Assembly: GCA_015523565.1 (NCBI GenBank)
Contig: WAKA01000185.1
Span: 1-28,783 of the forward strand
Direction of reading: 5' to 3'
Source: Candidatus Heimdallarchaeota archaeon
GTDB taxonomy: Archaea > Asgardarchaeota > Heimdallarchaeia > Heimdallarchaeales > Kariarchaeaceae
DNA length: 28,783 nt
The translations under genes were made by a program, and so were the position numbers. The notes under the pieces are model-generated. The model was given only the letters and a program-made list of their open reading frames with translations. It was not told where the DNA came from and did not search any database. Numbering within the stretch: position 1 is the first letter of the stretch; the number at the start of each line of letters is the position of its first letter. Positions 7,042 through 16,326 of the stretch are shown in pieces.

Positions 7042-9351
7042 TTAATTCGCAACACCTTTTCCTTTATCAGTTAAAGCAAACTCCAGGTCGTCCTCACTTT
7101 TCAGATATCCTTTTTCAGTCAACTGTATTATGGTTCTGGAGATCAAAACAGGAGATGCAGAAGATGCCTTTTGTTTTAGCATGGAATGTTGAGTATAACC
7201 AAAGAGGTTCATCAATGCAAGTAATTCAAAGGCAGGATAAGACATCAACAGGTCTATATTGAATGCAACCCCGTGAGGGATCAATCCGTCATTTTTAAGG
7301 GATTCATAGATCTGTTTTAGACGTTCCTTATTTTCTTCTATTTTCTTTTGTTTTTCTTCTTCTTCTTTTTGTCTCCGTTCTTTTTCGATTTTTTCTTTTA
7401 CCTTTCTTTCATCTTCATTAAGGATATTGGAAATTTTTTGTGTAAGTTGCCAAGAATCATCCGATTTTTGTTCGATTACATTGTCGATTTCAAGTTGTGT
7501 TAATGTTCGGGTTATAAGAACAGGGGAGATTGAAGGGTTTTTTTCTTTTATCCCTTGTTGCCCAATCAAGGGGTGATCCTTTATGGTTTTAATTATTGCA
7601 TAACTGACGTTTTCTTCCAAAGGAATATCTGGCTTTATGTAACCCAATTTAGTCAATGCATTTCTGAACGCATGTTCTTCTTCATCTATTTTAGGAGCTT
7701 CATCCTCTGTAGGGGGAGGGGGGGATTCATCTTCAGGTTCAGGTTCTTCTTCAGTTTCAGGAGTCTTAAGTTCATTAAGAATTGCAAGAAGGGAAGGAGA
7801 CAGTTCATATAGATATGATTCTTCCTTTAGTAACCCATCCGCGACGAGATTGCTGAGAATTAACGAAATGGAGACAGGAGAAGCAATCATTTCGCTGATT
7901 TTTTCACCAGACAGGGGGGCATGTTCTGCCAACAGTTTAAGAACCAAGAATTCACCACTGTCAGCTGGGAAATTGAAATTCATGGTGGACAAGGCTTCTT
8001 TCAATAAATCCTCAATGGTTACAGAAGGAGGTTCAACTTCGGGGGTTTCCACTTGTGAAGAAGTGGCTTCCGAGGTTACTTCGTCCGTTTCGGTTTCTTC
8101 TTCAGATAGGATGGTTGTTGAAGAAGCAGAAATGTCAGGGGATTCTTCAGGAGATTCCATTGATTTTTCTTCTGCCTCAGTTATGGCATCAGCAGAGGAT
8201 TCACCAATATGGGGTGGTTCCTCGTCAGCAGTGGGTTTATCAGAGGAGGGGAGTGACATTTCTTGTTCATTTTTGTCTGTAGATTGAGCTTCAAGGGCTT
8301 CTGCTATTTGGGAAACGTCATCAGGGGAAATTGTAATTTTCCGCAATGAAACAGACAGTTCTTCTCCAAGTTGCCAAGAATATGAGGATTCATCTTGGAC
8401 AATTAGGCCATCTGCAGCCAAGTTGCTTAAAATCATGGAAATAGGGACATCATGAGATAATTTTTCCAAGATTTGATCTGTTGAGACTGGTTGCTCATTC
8501 ATGATTACCTTCAAAATATTGAAAGAATCATCGACAAGTATTTGACTTATTTCAAGGGTTGAAAATGAAGGGTGTGTCTGAATGACTTTTACGAGCTTGG
8601 CAAGTTCAGTCAAATCTGCCAAATCTGTTAGGGGAGAGGGAGTTTCATCTTCTGAAGATATCAAGACATTTTCTTTTGAGGTAGTACCCACACTGAATAA
8701 ATTGACGGACTTTTCAAGTTCCTCCAAAAGATCGGAGGTTATTCTCCATTTGTAATTTGAGGTCTGTTCTATCAATCCGTCTGCCTGAAGGTTGGACAAG
8801 ACAAGGGAGAGGGATTCACGGTTGACAATAACTTGTTCCAGCATTTCAGGGCTCATTTCTCCATTTTTCCAAAGCTTATAGACAACTTCAATCTCAGGGA
8901 TATTCAATAGGTTTCCGCCACTCCTATCAATAGAGATTCCCTTGTTCAGAAGAAGATCACATAATTTGTTCAACTCTTTTTTTCGAAGTTCTTGGGATGC
9001 ATCATCAATTGATTCAGGAACGCGACCCACATTACCAGCAATTTTTGTGACAGTTTCGTTGATTTTGGCTAAAAGATCGGGATGGATTTCCCATTTATAA
9101 TTGTTTGATGACTGAATAATGAGCCCATCACTTTGAAGATTGGAAAGGAGTAGGGAAATGGAAGGAAGATCGGGATAAGCCCTTTCGAGATTTTCAGTTG
9201 CAACAGATTCGTGCATATACACATAGGAAACAATCAGGTATTCTGGAATTTCACGATAACGTCCAGATTGAATGTCCATTTTTGAAAGATAGTTTAGTTT
9301 TTGGAGTTCTGAAACGAGAACCTCTCGTTCCAAGTCATTGAGTTCCTTCAT
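7042..9351 (-). CDS. Large protein with six winged-helix repeats and acidic low-complexity linkers
   Basis: Repeated motif (I/L)S(L/M)(I/L/V)LSNLx(A/S)DGL occurs four times, and LI(T/S)RT(L/I)xQL twice; each is followed by a wing hairpin with W/Y/F. Confidence 0.8.
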   Translation of the reverse strand: MKELNDLEREVLVSELQKLNYLSKMDIQSGRYREIPEYLIVSYVYMHESVATENLERAYPDLPSISLLLSNLQSDGLIIQSSNNYKWEIHPDLLAKINETVTKIAGNVGRVPESIDDASQELRKKELNKLCDLLLNKGISIDRSGGNLLNIPEIEVVYKLWKNGEMSPEMLEQVIVNRESLSLVLSNLQADGLIEQTSNYKWRITSDLLEELEKSVNLFSVGTTSKENVLISSEDETPSPLTDLADLTELAKLVKVIQTHPSFSTLEISQILVDDSFNILKVIMNEQPVSTDQILEKLSHDVPISMILSNLAADGLIVQDESSYSWQLGEELSVSLRKITISPDDVSQIAEALEAQSTDKNEQEMSLPSSDKPTADEEPPHIGESSADAITEAEEKSMESPEESPDISASSTTILSEEETETDEVTSEATSSQVETPEVEPPSVTIEDLLKEALSTMNFNFPADSGEFLVLKLLAEHAPLSGEKISEMIASPVSISLILSNLVADGLLKEESYLYELSPSLLAILNELKTPETEEEPEPEDESPPPPTEDEAPKIDEEEHAFRNALTKLGYIKPDIPLEENVSYAIIKTIKDHPLIGQQGIKEKNPSISPVLITRTLTQLEIDNVIEQKSDDSWQLTQKISNILNEDERKVKEKIEKERRQKEEEEKQKKIEENKERLKQIYESLKNDGLIPHGVAFNIDLLMSYPAFELLALMNLFGYTQHSMLKQKASSASPVLISRTIIQLTEKGYLKSEDDLEFALTDKGKGVAN

Positions 9352-9422
9352 TTAAGTATACATTGTTTTCGATTAAAATAAATCATTTGGGTTATTTTCA
9401 TAAAAATCACCAATTGACTTGT

Positions 9423-11390
9423 TCAATCATGTTCAAAGTAATTTTCCAAATTTTGGATGTCAATTGATTTATGAGCCCTTTGTCGGCTGAACTTTTTGAT
9501 GAGCCAACCAATTAAGATGATAGCCATTAAAACAGGGACAGAAATGATTATGAAAATCAAGTAATCAAGAGGGGAAATGAAGGGAGAGGAGTCGGCAAGG
9601 ATGAGGAATCCATATATGTTCAATCCAAGATCACCGCTGGCAGTTATTATTTTGTTTTTCCCAGATATGATTGTGGAGTCATAAGTTTGTTCAATAGGAT
9701 AATACGAGACATTGACAAGAGATGGAACCTTGATTTCCATGAGATAACTGACGGAAACCAGCAAAATGCTTTCATTGGACAATGGGAACAAATTACGACC
9801 GACGTCAATTCCAGAGGTTTTCATGACTTCATTGGATTTTTGGAGGGGGACATCAGTTGTGACAAGTAAATATGGGAATCCTGTCAAGAGAATCATATCA
9901 TTGGTCAAGGTGAGATCATTGACTTCAGAAAATTCAAATCCAAGTTTTATTTCTGTAGCAGAAACAAGTTTTGTTTGTAGGATATTAATTTCACCGATAG
10001 ATGAAGTCGTGGCATAAAACAATTTTTTATCAGTAAGTAGAATTGCATCGACACCATTTATCTGATAAGTGCTTAAGAGTTGCGGAGAAACGGGAGTTGA
10101 AAAGTCAAGCAGGGAAATCCAGTCAGAGTTGGCCACTGCGATCCAATTTTTGAAAAGAGAAAGAGAAGATCCATTCAATGCAGGATTTGTATATACCAAC
10201 AAAATGTTTTGGAGATTTCGAATGTCAAAAACAAAAAGTCCCGTATCATTTACCGCAATTAAATAGGAACCAAGTATTACAATATCATTGATTTGGTATG
10301 GGAAAGGAAAACGGAAGACAGTCAAATCATCGATTGAGAAAAACACGATACTGTCATACTCAGAAACAGAGGCAACAACACCATTTTCGGATGAGGAAAC
10401 AAGTTGGAAATTATTGGAGGGGAAATCGAAAGAGGAAAACAAGCGGAGGGATTTTGAATCCTGTGGAAGAAATACCTCCAATCCAGAGACCCCATGGGCC
10501 ACTATGATTTTTCCATCGACAGTGGCAATGTCTTTGATTCTATCAATTCCCCACATCCCAGAAACGTTTTGGAAGACTGTAAAATCACGATCCAACAATA
10601 ACACATCAGAGGAAGTTATGGCGAATGTTTTGTTTGGCAGTGCAAAGATATATCGAGGCATGAATTCCATGAGTTTGACATAAGAGGCGGAGGAGTTATC
10701 GACAATGAACAATGATTTCCCAGAAAATGCATATAGGGTTTTGTCGGTAAAAAAGAATTTTGCCCCCAATTCAAATTGAGAAGTTGGATAAACATCATAG
10801 GTCAAGTCAGATGTGTTTATAATTACTAGGCCCAAATCACTTAGCAAGAAAACTTGAGAGTTTAAAGTGAAAGCATCATAAACAGACAAACTGCTGTTTT
10901 GGATCAACGGGGCAAATCGATCGTTTATGACAGAGAGTAGAGAGAATCCATTGCCATATGCCAAGACAAGGTTTTGATCGATGGCAAGAAGACCTCTGAA
11001 AGATGAAAGGAAAGAAATATTGATCCGATCAAGAATTTCAAAGGAAGTTACAGAGAGAAGGAGAATTTCCCTTTGTTCAAAATCATAAAGATATATGAAT
11101 TTGTCAGAAACTTCAATTGCTGAATAGTCGGAAAATTTTTCAAGGAAAACCGTTTGTAACAGGATGAGTTTATTATTGAGGAGTGAGAAAACAGCAAAAC
11201 CCTCTGCACCATTGGCTACAAAAATTTTGTTTTGGGAGATGGCCAGATCAGAAAGATCAGAGTTCCCCACGTCAATTGTTTGACGTCCCAACTTTTCAAT
11301 TTCGCTTTTTGATAATTGAGGAGGATATACTGAGGTAATTAGAATGAGAATGGAAAGGAAGAATACCTGAAATCGGAATCGAAATGTCAA
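9423..11390 (-). CDS. Cell-surface beta-propeller protein (LVIVD-repeat-like), signal peptide plus C-terminal TM anchor
   Basis: N-terminal hydrophobic segment; repeats IFVANGAEGFAVF, IIVAHGVSGLEVF, GLFVFDIRNLQN, LLDFSTPVSPQLL and ITASGDLGLNIY; TM near residues 610-632 then a short basic tail. TTG start. Confidence 0.75.
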   Translation of the reverse strand: MTFRFRFQVFFLSILILITSVYPPQLSKSEIEKLGRQTIDVGNSDLSDLAISQNKIFVANGAEGFAVFSLLNNKLILLQTVFLEKFSDYSAIEVSDKFIYLYDFEQREILLLSVTSFEILDRINISFLSSFRGLLAIDQNLVLAYGNGFSLLSVINDRFAPLIQNSSLSVYDAFTLNSQVFLLSDLGLVIINTSDLTYDVYPTSQFELGAKFFFTDKTLYAFSGKSLFIVDNSSASYVKLMEFMPRYIFALPNKTFAITSSDVLLLDRDFTVFQNVSGMWGIDRIKDIATVDGKIIVAHGVSGLEVFLPQDSKSLRLFSSFDFPSNNFQLVSSSENGVVASVSEYDSIVFFSIDDLTVFRFPFPYQINDIVILGSYLIAVNDTGLFVFDIRNLQNILLVYTNPALNGSSLSLFKNWIAVANSDWISLLDFSTPVSPQLLSTYQINGVDAILLTDKKLFYATTSSIGEINILQTKLVSATEIKLGFEFSEVNDLTLTNDMILLTGFPYLLVTTDVPLQKSNEVMKTSGIDVGRNLFPLSNESILLVSVSYLMEIKVPSLVNVSYYPIEQTYDSTIISGKNKIITASGDLGLNIYGFLILADSSPFISPLDYLIFIIISVPVLMAIILIGWLIKKFSRQRAHKSIDIQNLENYFEHD

Positions 11391-11511
11391 ACGATTGCAA
11401 ATGGTATTTAGACAAAAATAAGAGTTTGGACAGAAATAATAGAAAGAATTGAATCAGGATAAAAAACCTTAACATAGAAATCCATCTTTATAGATAAGAT
11501 TGAACCTACAA

Positions 11512-12843
11512 ATGACAGCCTCATCCAATACATTGCATAATGAAATCCCTGCAGATCTAGAGGCAGTTATTGATGCATTGGTACAACATCCAGTCTATCC
11601 AAAGGTATTGTTTGTGTCAAAAGGGAAAATTGTTGCGGGGATTGGGGAGATTTTGGGACATGAACCAACATCCACGAAAGATGCAGGAAATTTTTTTGGA
11701 GGAATGTTATCAAAGGTTCATTCGATAACCAAAGAGGAATTTGATACAAAAGGAAGTGCAAATGGACAAGCAGGAGTTTCACCTAAAATGTTCATGATAT
11801 TTCCTTTTGATTTCAAAGTGGGAAGAGAGAGCATATGGAAAAATACCCCTTCATCAAAGGTCTTTGTTCCCTCGCTTATGATTGAATTTGAAGATGGACT
11901 GTGCCAATTAGCCACATTCAAAGGGGAAGGGCAAAAAGAAGCGTTTGAGATGTTTATTGAACTTTTAAGAAAGGAAAAGCAACAGAATAGTAAAAAAGGA
12001 GACATCATATTTGAAGATGTCCCATCATATCACTATTGGAAAAAATCAGTCCAAGAAGTTCTTGACGAGATTGAACAGCAACAAATGAAGAAAATCGTGC
12101 TGAGCAGGACAAGACATGCGACATTAACAGGGAAAATTGACTTGACAAGGACAATCCTGCAATTGACAAAAAATAATGAAAACAGCACCACATTTCTTAT
12201 GGCAACTGATGAAACTAGTGTGTTTTTTGGATCCACACCCGAATTGCTGGGTAGAAAAAGGGGGAACTTATTCAAGACAATGGCGTTGGCAGGGACAGTA
12301 AGGTCTGCCAAAAAGGCGGAAGAGGAGGAAGATTTGAAAAAAGAGCTCTTTGAATCTGAGAAATTGAGAGAAGAACATGAAATCGTAGTTACTACCATTC
12401 AAGATGAGCTTCAAGAGTTATGTGAAAAAATTGAGATTGGGAACATGGAAGTAGTATCATTGAAAAATGTGATGCATTTGCATACACCCATCAAAGGCGT
12501 ATTGAAAGATAAGATAAAATGGTGGCATGTATTTGAGAGAATTCATCCCACCCCTGCTGTTGGTGGCTTGCCAAAAAACGTGGCAATCAAGCAAATCAGA
12601 AAAATAGAGCATTGGGGAAGGGGGTGGTATTCTGGCGTAATTGGTTGGGCAGACATGAAAGGAAATGCGGACTTATTTGTCAGTTTAAGATGTGGGCTTC
12701 TAAAAGGAAAAGATTTATGGATATTTGCAGGGGCAGGGATTGTGGAAGGATCGGATGCATTGGCAGAGTGGCAAGAAACAGCACTGAAGTTTCAATCAAT
12801 AGAGAACTCGTTGTTTTTGGAGAATGAATATGAGACCCTATAA
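11512..12843 (+). CDS. menF: Isochorismate synthase (MenF-like)
   Basis: KIVLSR, FFGSTPELL, MALAGT, EEHEIV, HLHTPI, HPTPAVGGLP, RGWYSG, FAGAGIVEGSD..AEWQET..K; overlaps menD. Start is ATG 11512 or TTG 11500. Confidence 0.92.
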   Translation: MTASSNTLHNEIPADLEAVIDALVQHPVYPKVLFVSKGKIVAGIGEILGHEPTSTKDAGNFFGGMLSKVHSITKEEFDTKGSANGQAGVSPKMFMIFPFDFKVGRESIWKNTPSSKVFVPSLMIEFEDGLCQLATFKGEGQKEAFEMFIELLRKEKQQNSKKGDIIFEDVPSYHYWKKSVQEVLDEIEQQQMKKIVLSRTRHATLTGKIDLTRTILQLTKNNENSTTFLMATDETSVFFGSTPELLGRKRGNLFKTMALAGTVRSAKKAEEEEDLKKELFESEKLREEHEIVVTTIQDELQELCEKIEIGNMEVVSLKNVMHLHTPIKGVLKDKIKWWHVFERIHPTPAVGGLPKNVAIKQIRKIEHWGRGWYSGVIGWADMKGNADLFVSLRCGLLKGKDLWIFAGAGIVEGSDALAEWQETALKFQSIENSLFLENEYETL

Positions 12844-14506
12844 TTTTACAATTGCAAGCCATTTTGTCAAAACATTAATTGATTTGGGGGTTAGGGAAGC
12901 ATATATTTCCCCAGGATCAAGATCCACGCCCTTAACCTTGGCATTTGCAAGATTCAAAGAGAAAATCTTGACAAGAGTTGTATTTGATGAACGCAGTTCT
13001 GCGTTTCACGCATTGGGAGCGGCAATATATTCAAATGTGCCTGTTGCATTAGTCTGTACGTCAGGGTCCGCCTTAGCAAACTATATGCCAGCAGTTGTGG
13101 AGGCATTTCAATCGGAAATCCCATTGTTGATGCTCACCGCGGACAGACCACCAGATTTACAACTGACAGGATCAAACCAGACAATGAACCAACAAAATTT
13201 TTTCGGACATTTTTCAAAAGCCTATGTTGAAATGCCAGTGGGAGATTCCATGCAATGGAAACAAAATAACATGAAGAAATTTGTAAGGATACGGGCGGCA
13301 CTGGCATTCAGTTTGGCAAATCAAGACCCAAAGGGACCCGTACAAGTCAATTTCCAGTTCAGGAAACCGCTTGAACCGCATGAGGAGGAGAGATCTGCAT
13401 TATTGGAAAGGGAAAGCAGTCCCAAGATAATTTCAGGGGAACCTTCTTTGACAAATGAACAGGTAAGGGAACTGGCAGGAATACTGAACCAAGTGAAACG
13501 ACCATTATTTGTATTGGGTCCAAATGCATGGCGAATAGTTGATTTGACCATTGTGGAAAAGTTTGCAAGGAATTTAGGGATTCCCATATTTGCAGATATC
13601 TTGTCAGGATATACGCCCGTTACAGCCCATGTTACATTTTTACAAAGCAGAAAAGTCATGGAGGAAATCAGGCCAGATTTGGTGATACATCTTGGAAAGG
13701 TTCCGATTTCCAAGGAGTTGAATGATTTGATTGCCACATCACAATTCAAGATTCAAATTTCAAAATCATTGAGACTCCATGATGACCGTCACAAAACAGA
13801 CATGCTATTTGTCGCAAAGCCAAATGAGATTTTGGAGAAAACGGAAGAGCAGGTCAATCCATATGGACAGGATTGGACTGAAAAAATCGAGAAACTGGAC
13901 AGGCAGACAAAAAGTCTATTGAAACAAAAGATGAAAACAAGCAAATGTGAAGGGACTGCAATAGGGAATTTAGTTAATGAGACAAAGGAAGGAGAATTGA
14001 TATTTTTAGGAAACAGCCTTTCAGTAAGGCATGCAGAACAGTTTGGGGTTTTCTCAAGGGCGAAGTTCTTTGGGAATAGGGGAGTCAGTGGGATTGATGG
14101 AAACCTGTCAACAGCGCATGGAATTGCATTGGGATCAGGGAGGAAAGTGATTGCCATCATTGGGGATTTGGCAATGCTTCATGATATGAATGCCCTTGCC
14201 TCTAGACAAAGGGGGAAGATAGTACCAATAGTTATCAACAATCAAGGCGGAAACATATTTACACGATTACCGATTTCAGAAGAGAGGGAATTCAAGGAAT
14301 ATTTTTACACCCCGCATACATTTCGGTTCAAGAGCATTGCAGATTTTTATGGGATGGACTACATTCAAACAAATGTTGAAATGCGGCAGGATATTGCTCA
14401 GGAAAACACATTTATTGAAATAATTACAGAAGGACAAAAAGATGAGAGGAAAAGAGATGAAATTACAAAGCAAGTTATTTCATCGCTTGAGCAATCATTT
14501 TTCTGA
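12824..14506 (+). CDS. menD: SEPHCHC synthase (ThDP-dependent), menaquinone pathway
   Basis: SPGSRSTPL, DERSSAF, CTSGSA, TADRPP, GNRGVSGIDG and GDLAMLHDMN...INNQGG motifs. Confidence 0.96.
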   Translation: MNMRPYNFTIASHFVKTLIDLGVREAYISPGSRSTPLTLAFARFKEKILTRVVFDERSSAFHALGAAIYSNVPVALVCTSGSALANYMPAVVEAFQSEIPLLMLTADRPPDLQLTGSNQTMNQQNFFGHFSKAYVEMPVGDSMQWKQNNMKKFVRIRAALAFSLANQDPKGPVQVNFQFRKPLEPHEEERSALLERESSPKIISGEPSLTNEQVRELAGILNQVKRPLFVLGPNAWRIVDLTIVEKFARNLGIPIFADILSGYTPVTAHVTFLQSRKVMEEIRPDLVIHLGKVPISKELNDLIATSQFKIQISKSLRLHDDRHKTDMLFVAKPNEILEKTEEQVNPYGQDWTEKIEKLDRQTKSLLKQKMKTSKCEGTAIGNLVNETKEGELIFLGNSLSVRHAEQFGVFSRAKFFGNRGVSGIDGNLSTAHGIALGSGRKVIAIIGDLAMLHDMNALASRQRGKIVPIVINNQGGNIFTRLPISEEREFKEYFYTPHTFRFKSIADFYGMDYIQTNVEMRQDIAQENTFIEIITEGQKDERKRDEITKQVISSLEQSFF

Positions 14507-16204
14507 AATTCCCCTCACAATATCGCCAATGCTGACAATTCCCAAAAGATGACGGTTCTCATCAACCACTGGGGCACGCTCCACGTCCTCTTCAAGCATT
14601 TGGAATATTGCCTTTTTACCATTCATATCTGCACCAATAAATACAGGAGGGGATGAACATTGAGCAACCAAGCTTTGAGGGGATGCTTTTTTGAGAATTT
14701 GCAGATTGACCATTCCAATCACCTCATTCCCCTTAAGAACAGGGAAATCACGTTTTCCAGAGGAAATGAGTCGATGGAGAACGTTTGAGACCAAGTCATC
14801 AGCATTAACAGAAACAACATTTTCTTTTGGAGTCATAACCTCTTTTACCTTGAAAAATTCTTTTTTGTCAAATTTTGAAAGTTCAGAAAGAATTTTTACA
14901 TTTCTGCTGGTTATTTGTCCCTTATAAAGTGAATCAGACCCAGAAAATGCATATGATGAGAGATTGGCAAGGACAATCGGGATAACTAGGTTAGGTAAGC
15001 CAGTGATTTCCAATATCAACAAGACAGATGCGATCGGTGTTTTTGTTGTTGCAGTATGCGAGGCACTCATTCCAACAATCGACCATGCGGCAATAGTTCC
15101 AATGGTTGAATTTGGGAGCAAGAGAGCAAAAATAATGCCAGCCAGTCCCCCAACAGTTAGAGAAGGACCAAAAATCCCACCAGGAAATCCAGATCCAATG
15201 ACAGCAGTGGTTGCCACAATCTGCAAAAGAAGGATTCCAATCATTGTAAAAATTAGTTGATTATTGGCATTTGTAATGAAGAAGAGGATCTGGGAGTAAA
15301 AGGAAATATGGGGGATAAAAAGAGCATCTCGCAAAAGGAAAAGCCCAATCCCCAAACTTAGAAGTGCCACAAGCAATCCAATTAAGAGTCGTGGGATATC
15401 GTCGAATTTTTCCACTCGATCGGTATATAAGTAATAAAAGCGGATGAAACCCCGACCCATAAGCCCCACAATGGCGCCAAAGACCAATGCAAGAATGGAG
15501 GTGAAGATGGTAACCTCAAGAGTTGCAGGTTCAGGAATGACAAAATAAGTGAATGAGACAGGAAACCATGTTTTGTTTACCATTTCCACAATTGTTTTGG
15601 CTATCACAGCAGAAGTAACAGAAGCCAGAAAAGCCCCCATCATCATTGGCTCATCAGCATCTTCCTTGTAGGGAACTTCTGCAGCAAAAACAGCAGAACC
15701 AAAGGGAGCTTGAAACAGGGCACCTGTCGATGCGGCACTTCCCAGAGTCATTGCCTTTGAACGCATGTCTTTAGGAATTTTTACAAGTCTTGCAAGCCAA
15801 GATGTAATTCCACTGCCCATAATAAGCGCAGGGCCTTCCTTCCCCATTGGAAGACCAGTTCCAAGGGCAATGCCAGAGGAGAGGAACTTATTTCTCGCAA
15901 CAGATGGAGAGATTTCCCTATCTTGATGTTTCTTCTTTATGACATAAGAAATCCCATTTTGTTTTGGTTTCTCAATTTTAAGGAGAACAAGTCCAATAAC
16001 TATAGTACCTCCTAACAACACGCGAACAAGTGGAAAAACAGAATCAAAAACAGAAGCAAGAAAGAAAATGAAGATGTAGAACAATGCCATTACAGTGCCA
16101 ACGATGGAACCCACAAGGATTGAAAATGGAAACCACACACGAACTTGAAAGCCATAACCCTCTGCCATTTCAGATTCATTGCGATAAGCATCAAGAATGC
16201 CCAT
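14495..16204 (-). CDS. ClC-family chloride channel/transporter with a C-terminal CBS pair
   Basis: GKEGP, FQAPFG, GGIFGP, TPIAS...LEITG and SLY motifs; CBS domains VKEVMT...FPV...APVVD...GIVSIGDI. Confidence 0.93.
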   Translation of the reverse strand: MGILDAYRNESEMAEGYGFQVRVWFPFSILVGSIVGTVMALFYIFIFFLASVFDSVFPLVRVLLGGTIVIGLVLLKIEKPKQNGISYVIKKKHQDREISPSVARNKFLSSGIALGTGLPMGKEGPALIMGSGITSWLARLVKIPKDMRSKAMTLGSAASTGALFQAPFGSAVFAAEVPYKEDADEPMMMGAFLASVTSAVIAKTIVEMVNKTWFPVSFTYFVIPEPATLEVTIFTSILALVFGAIVGLMGRGFIRFYYLYTDRVEKFDDIPRLLIGLLVALLSLGIGLFLLRDALFIPHISFYSQILFFITNANNQLIFTMIGILLLQIVATTAVIGSGFPGGIFGPSLTVGGLAGIIFALLLPNSTIGTIAAWSIVGMSASHTATTKTPIASVLLILEITGLPNLVIPIVLANLSSYAFSGSDSLYKGQITSRNVKILSELSKFDKKEFFKVKEVMTPKENVVSVNADDLVSNVLHRLISSGKRDFPVLKGNEVIGMVNLQILKKASPQSLVAQCSSPPVFIGADMNGKKAIFQMLEEDVERAPVVDENRHLLGIVSIGDIVRGISEK

Positions 16205-16326
16205 TTAACTAGCCCGATGGATACAATCCTTCATTAACCTTGAGGTGAAAGGTGAAACTACAGATTGAATTGGATTAATTACAAACTTGACTTTTCTTTA
16301 TTATTAACACATTAGAACAATAAGAT

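Noticed and set aside
7330-7412. TTC/TTTTC-rich tract resembling a tandem repeat
   Set aside because: It simply encodes the K/E coiled coil of the six-wH protein.
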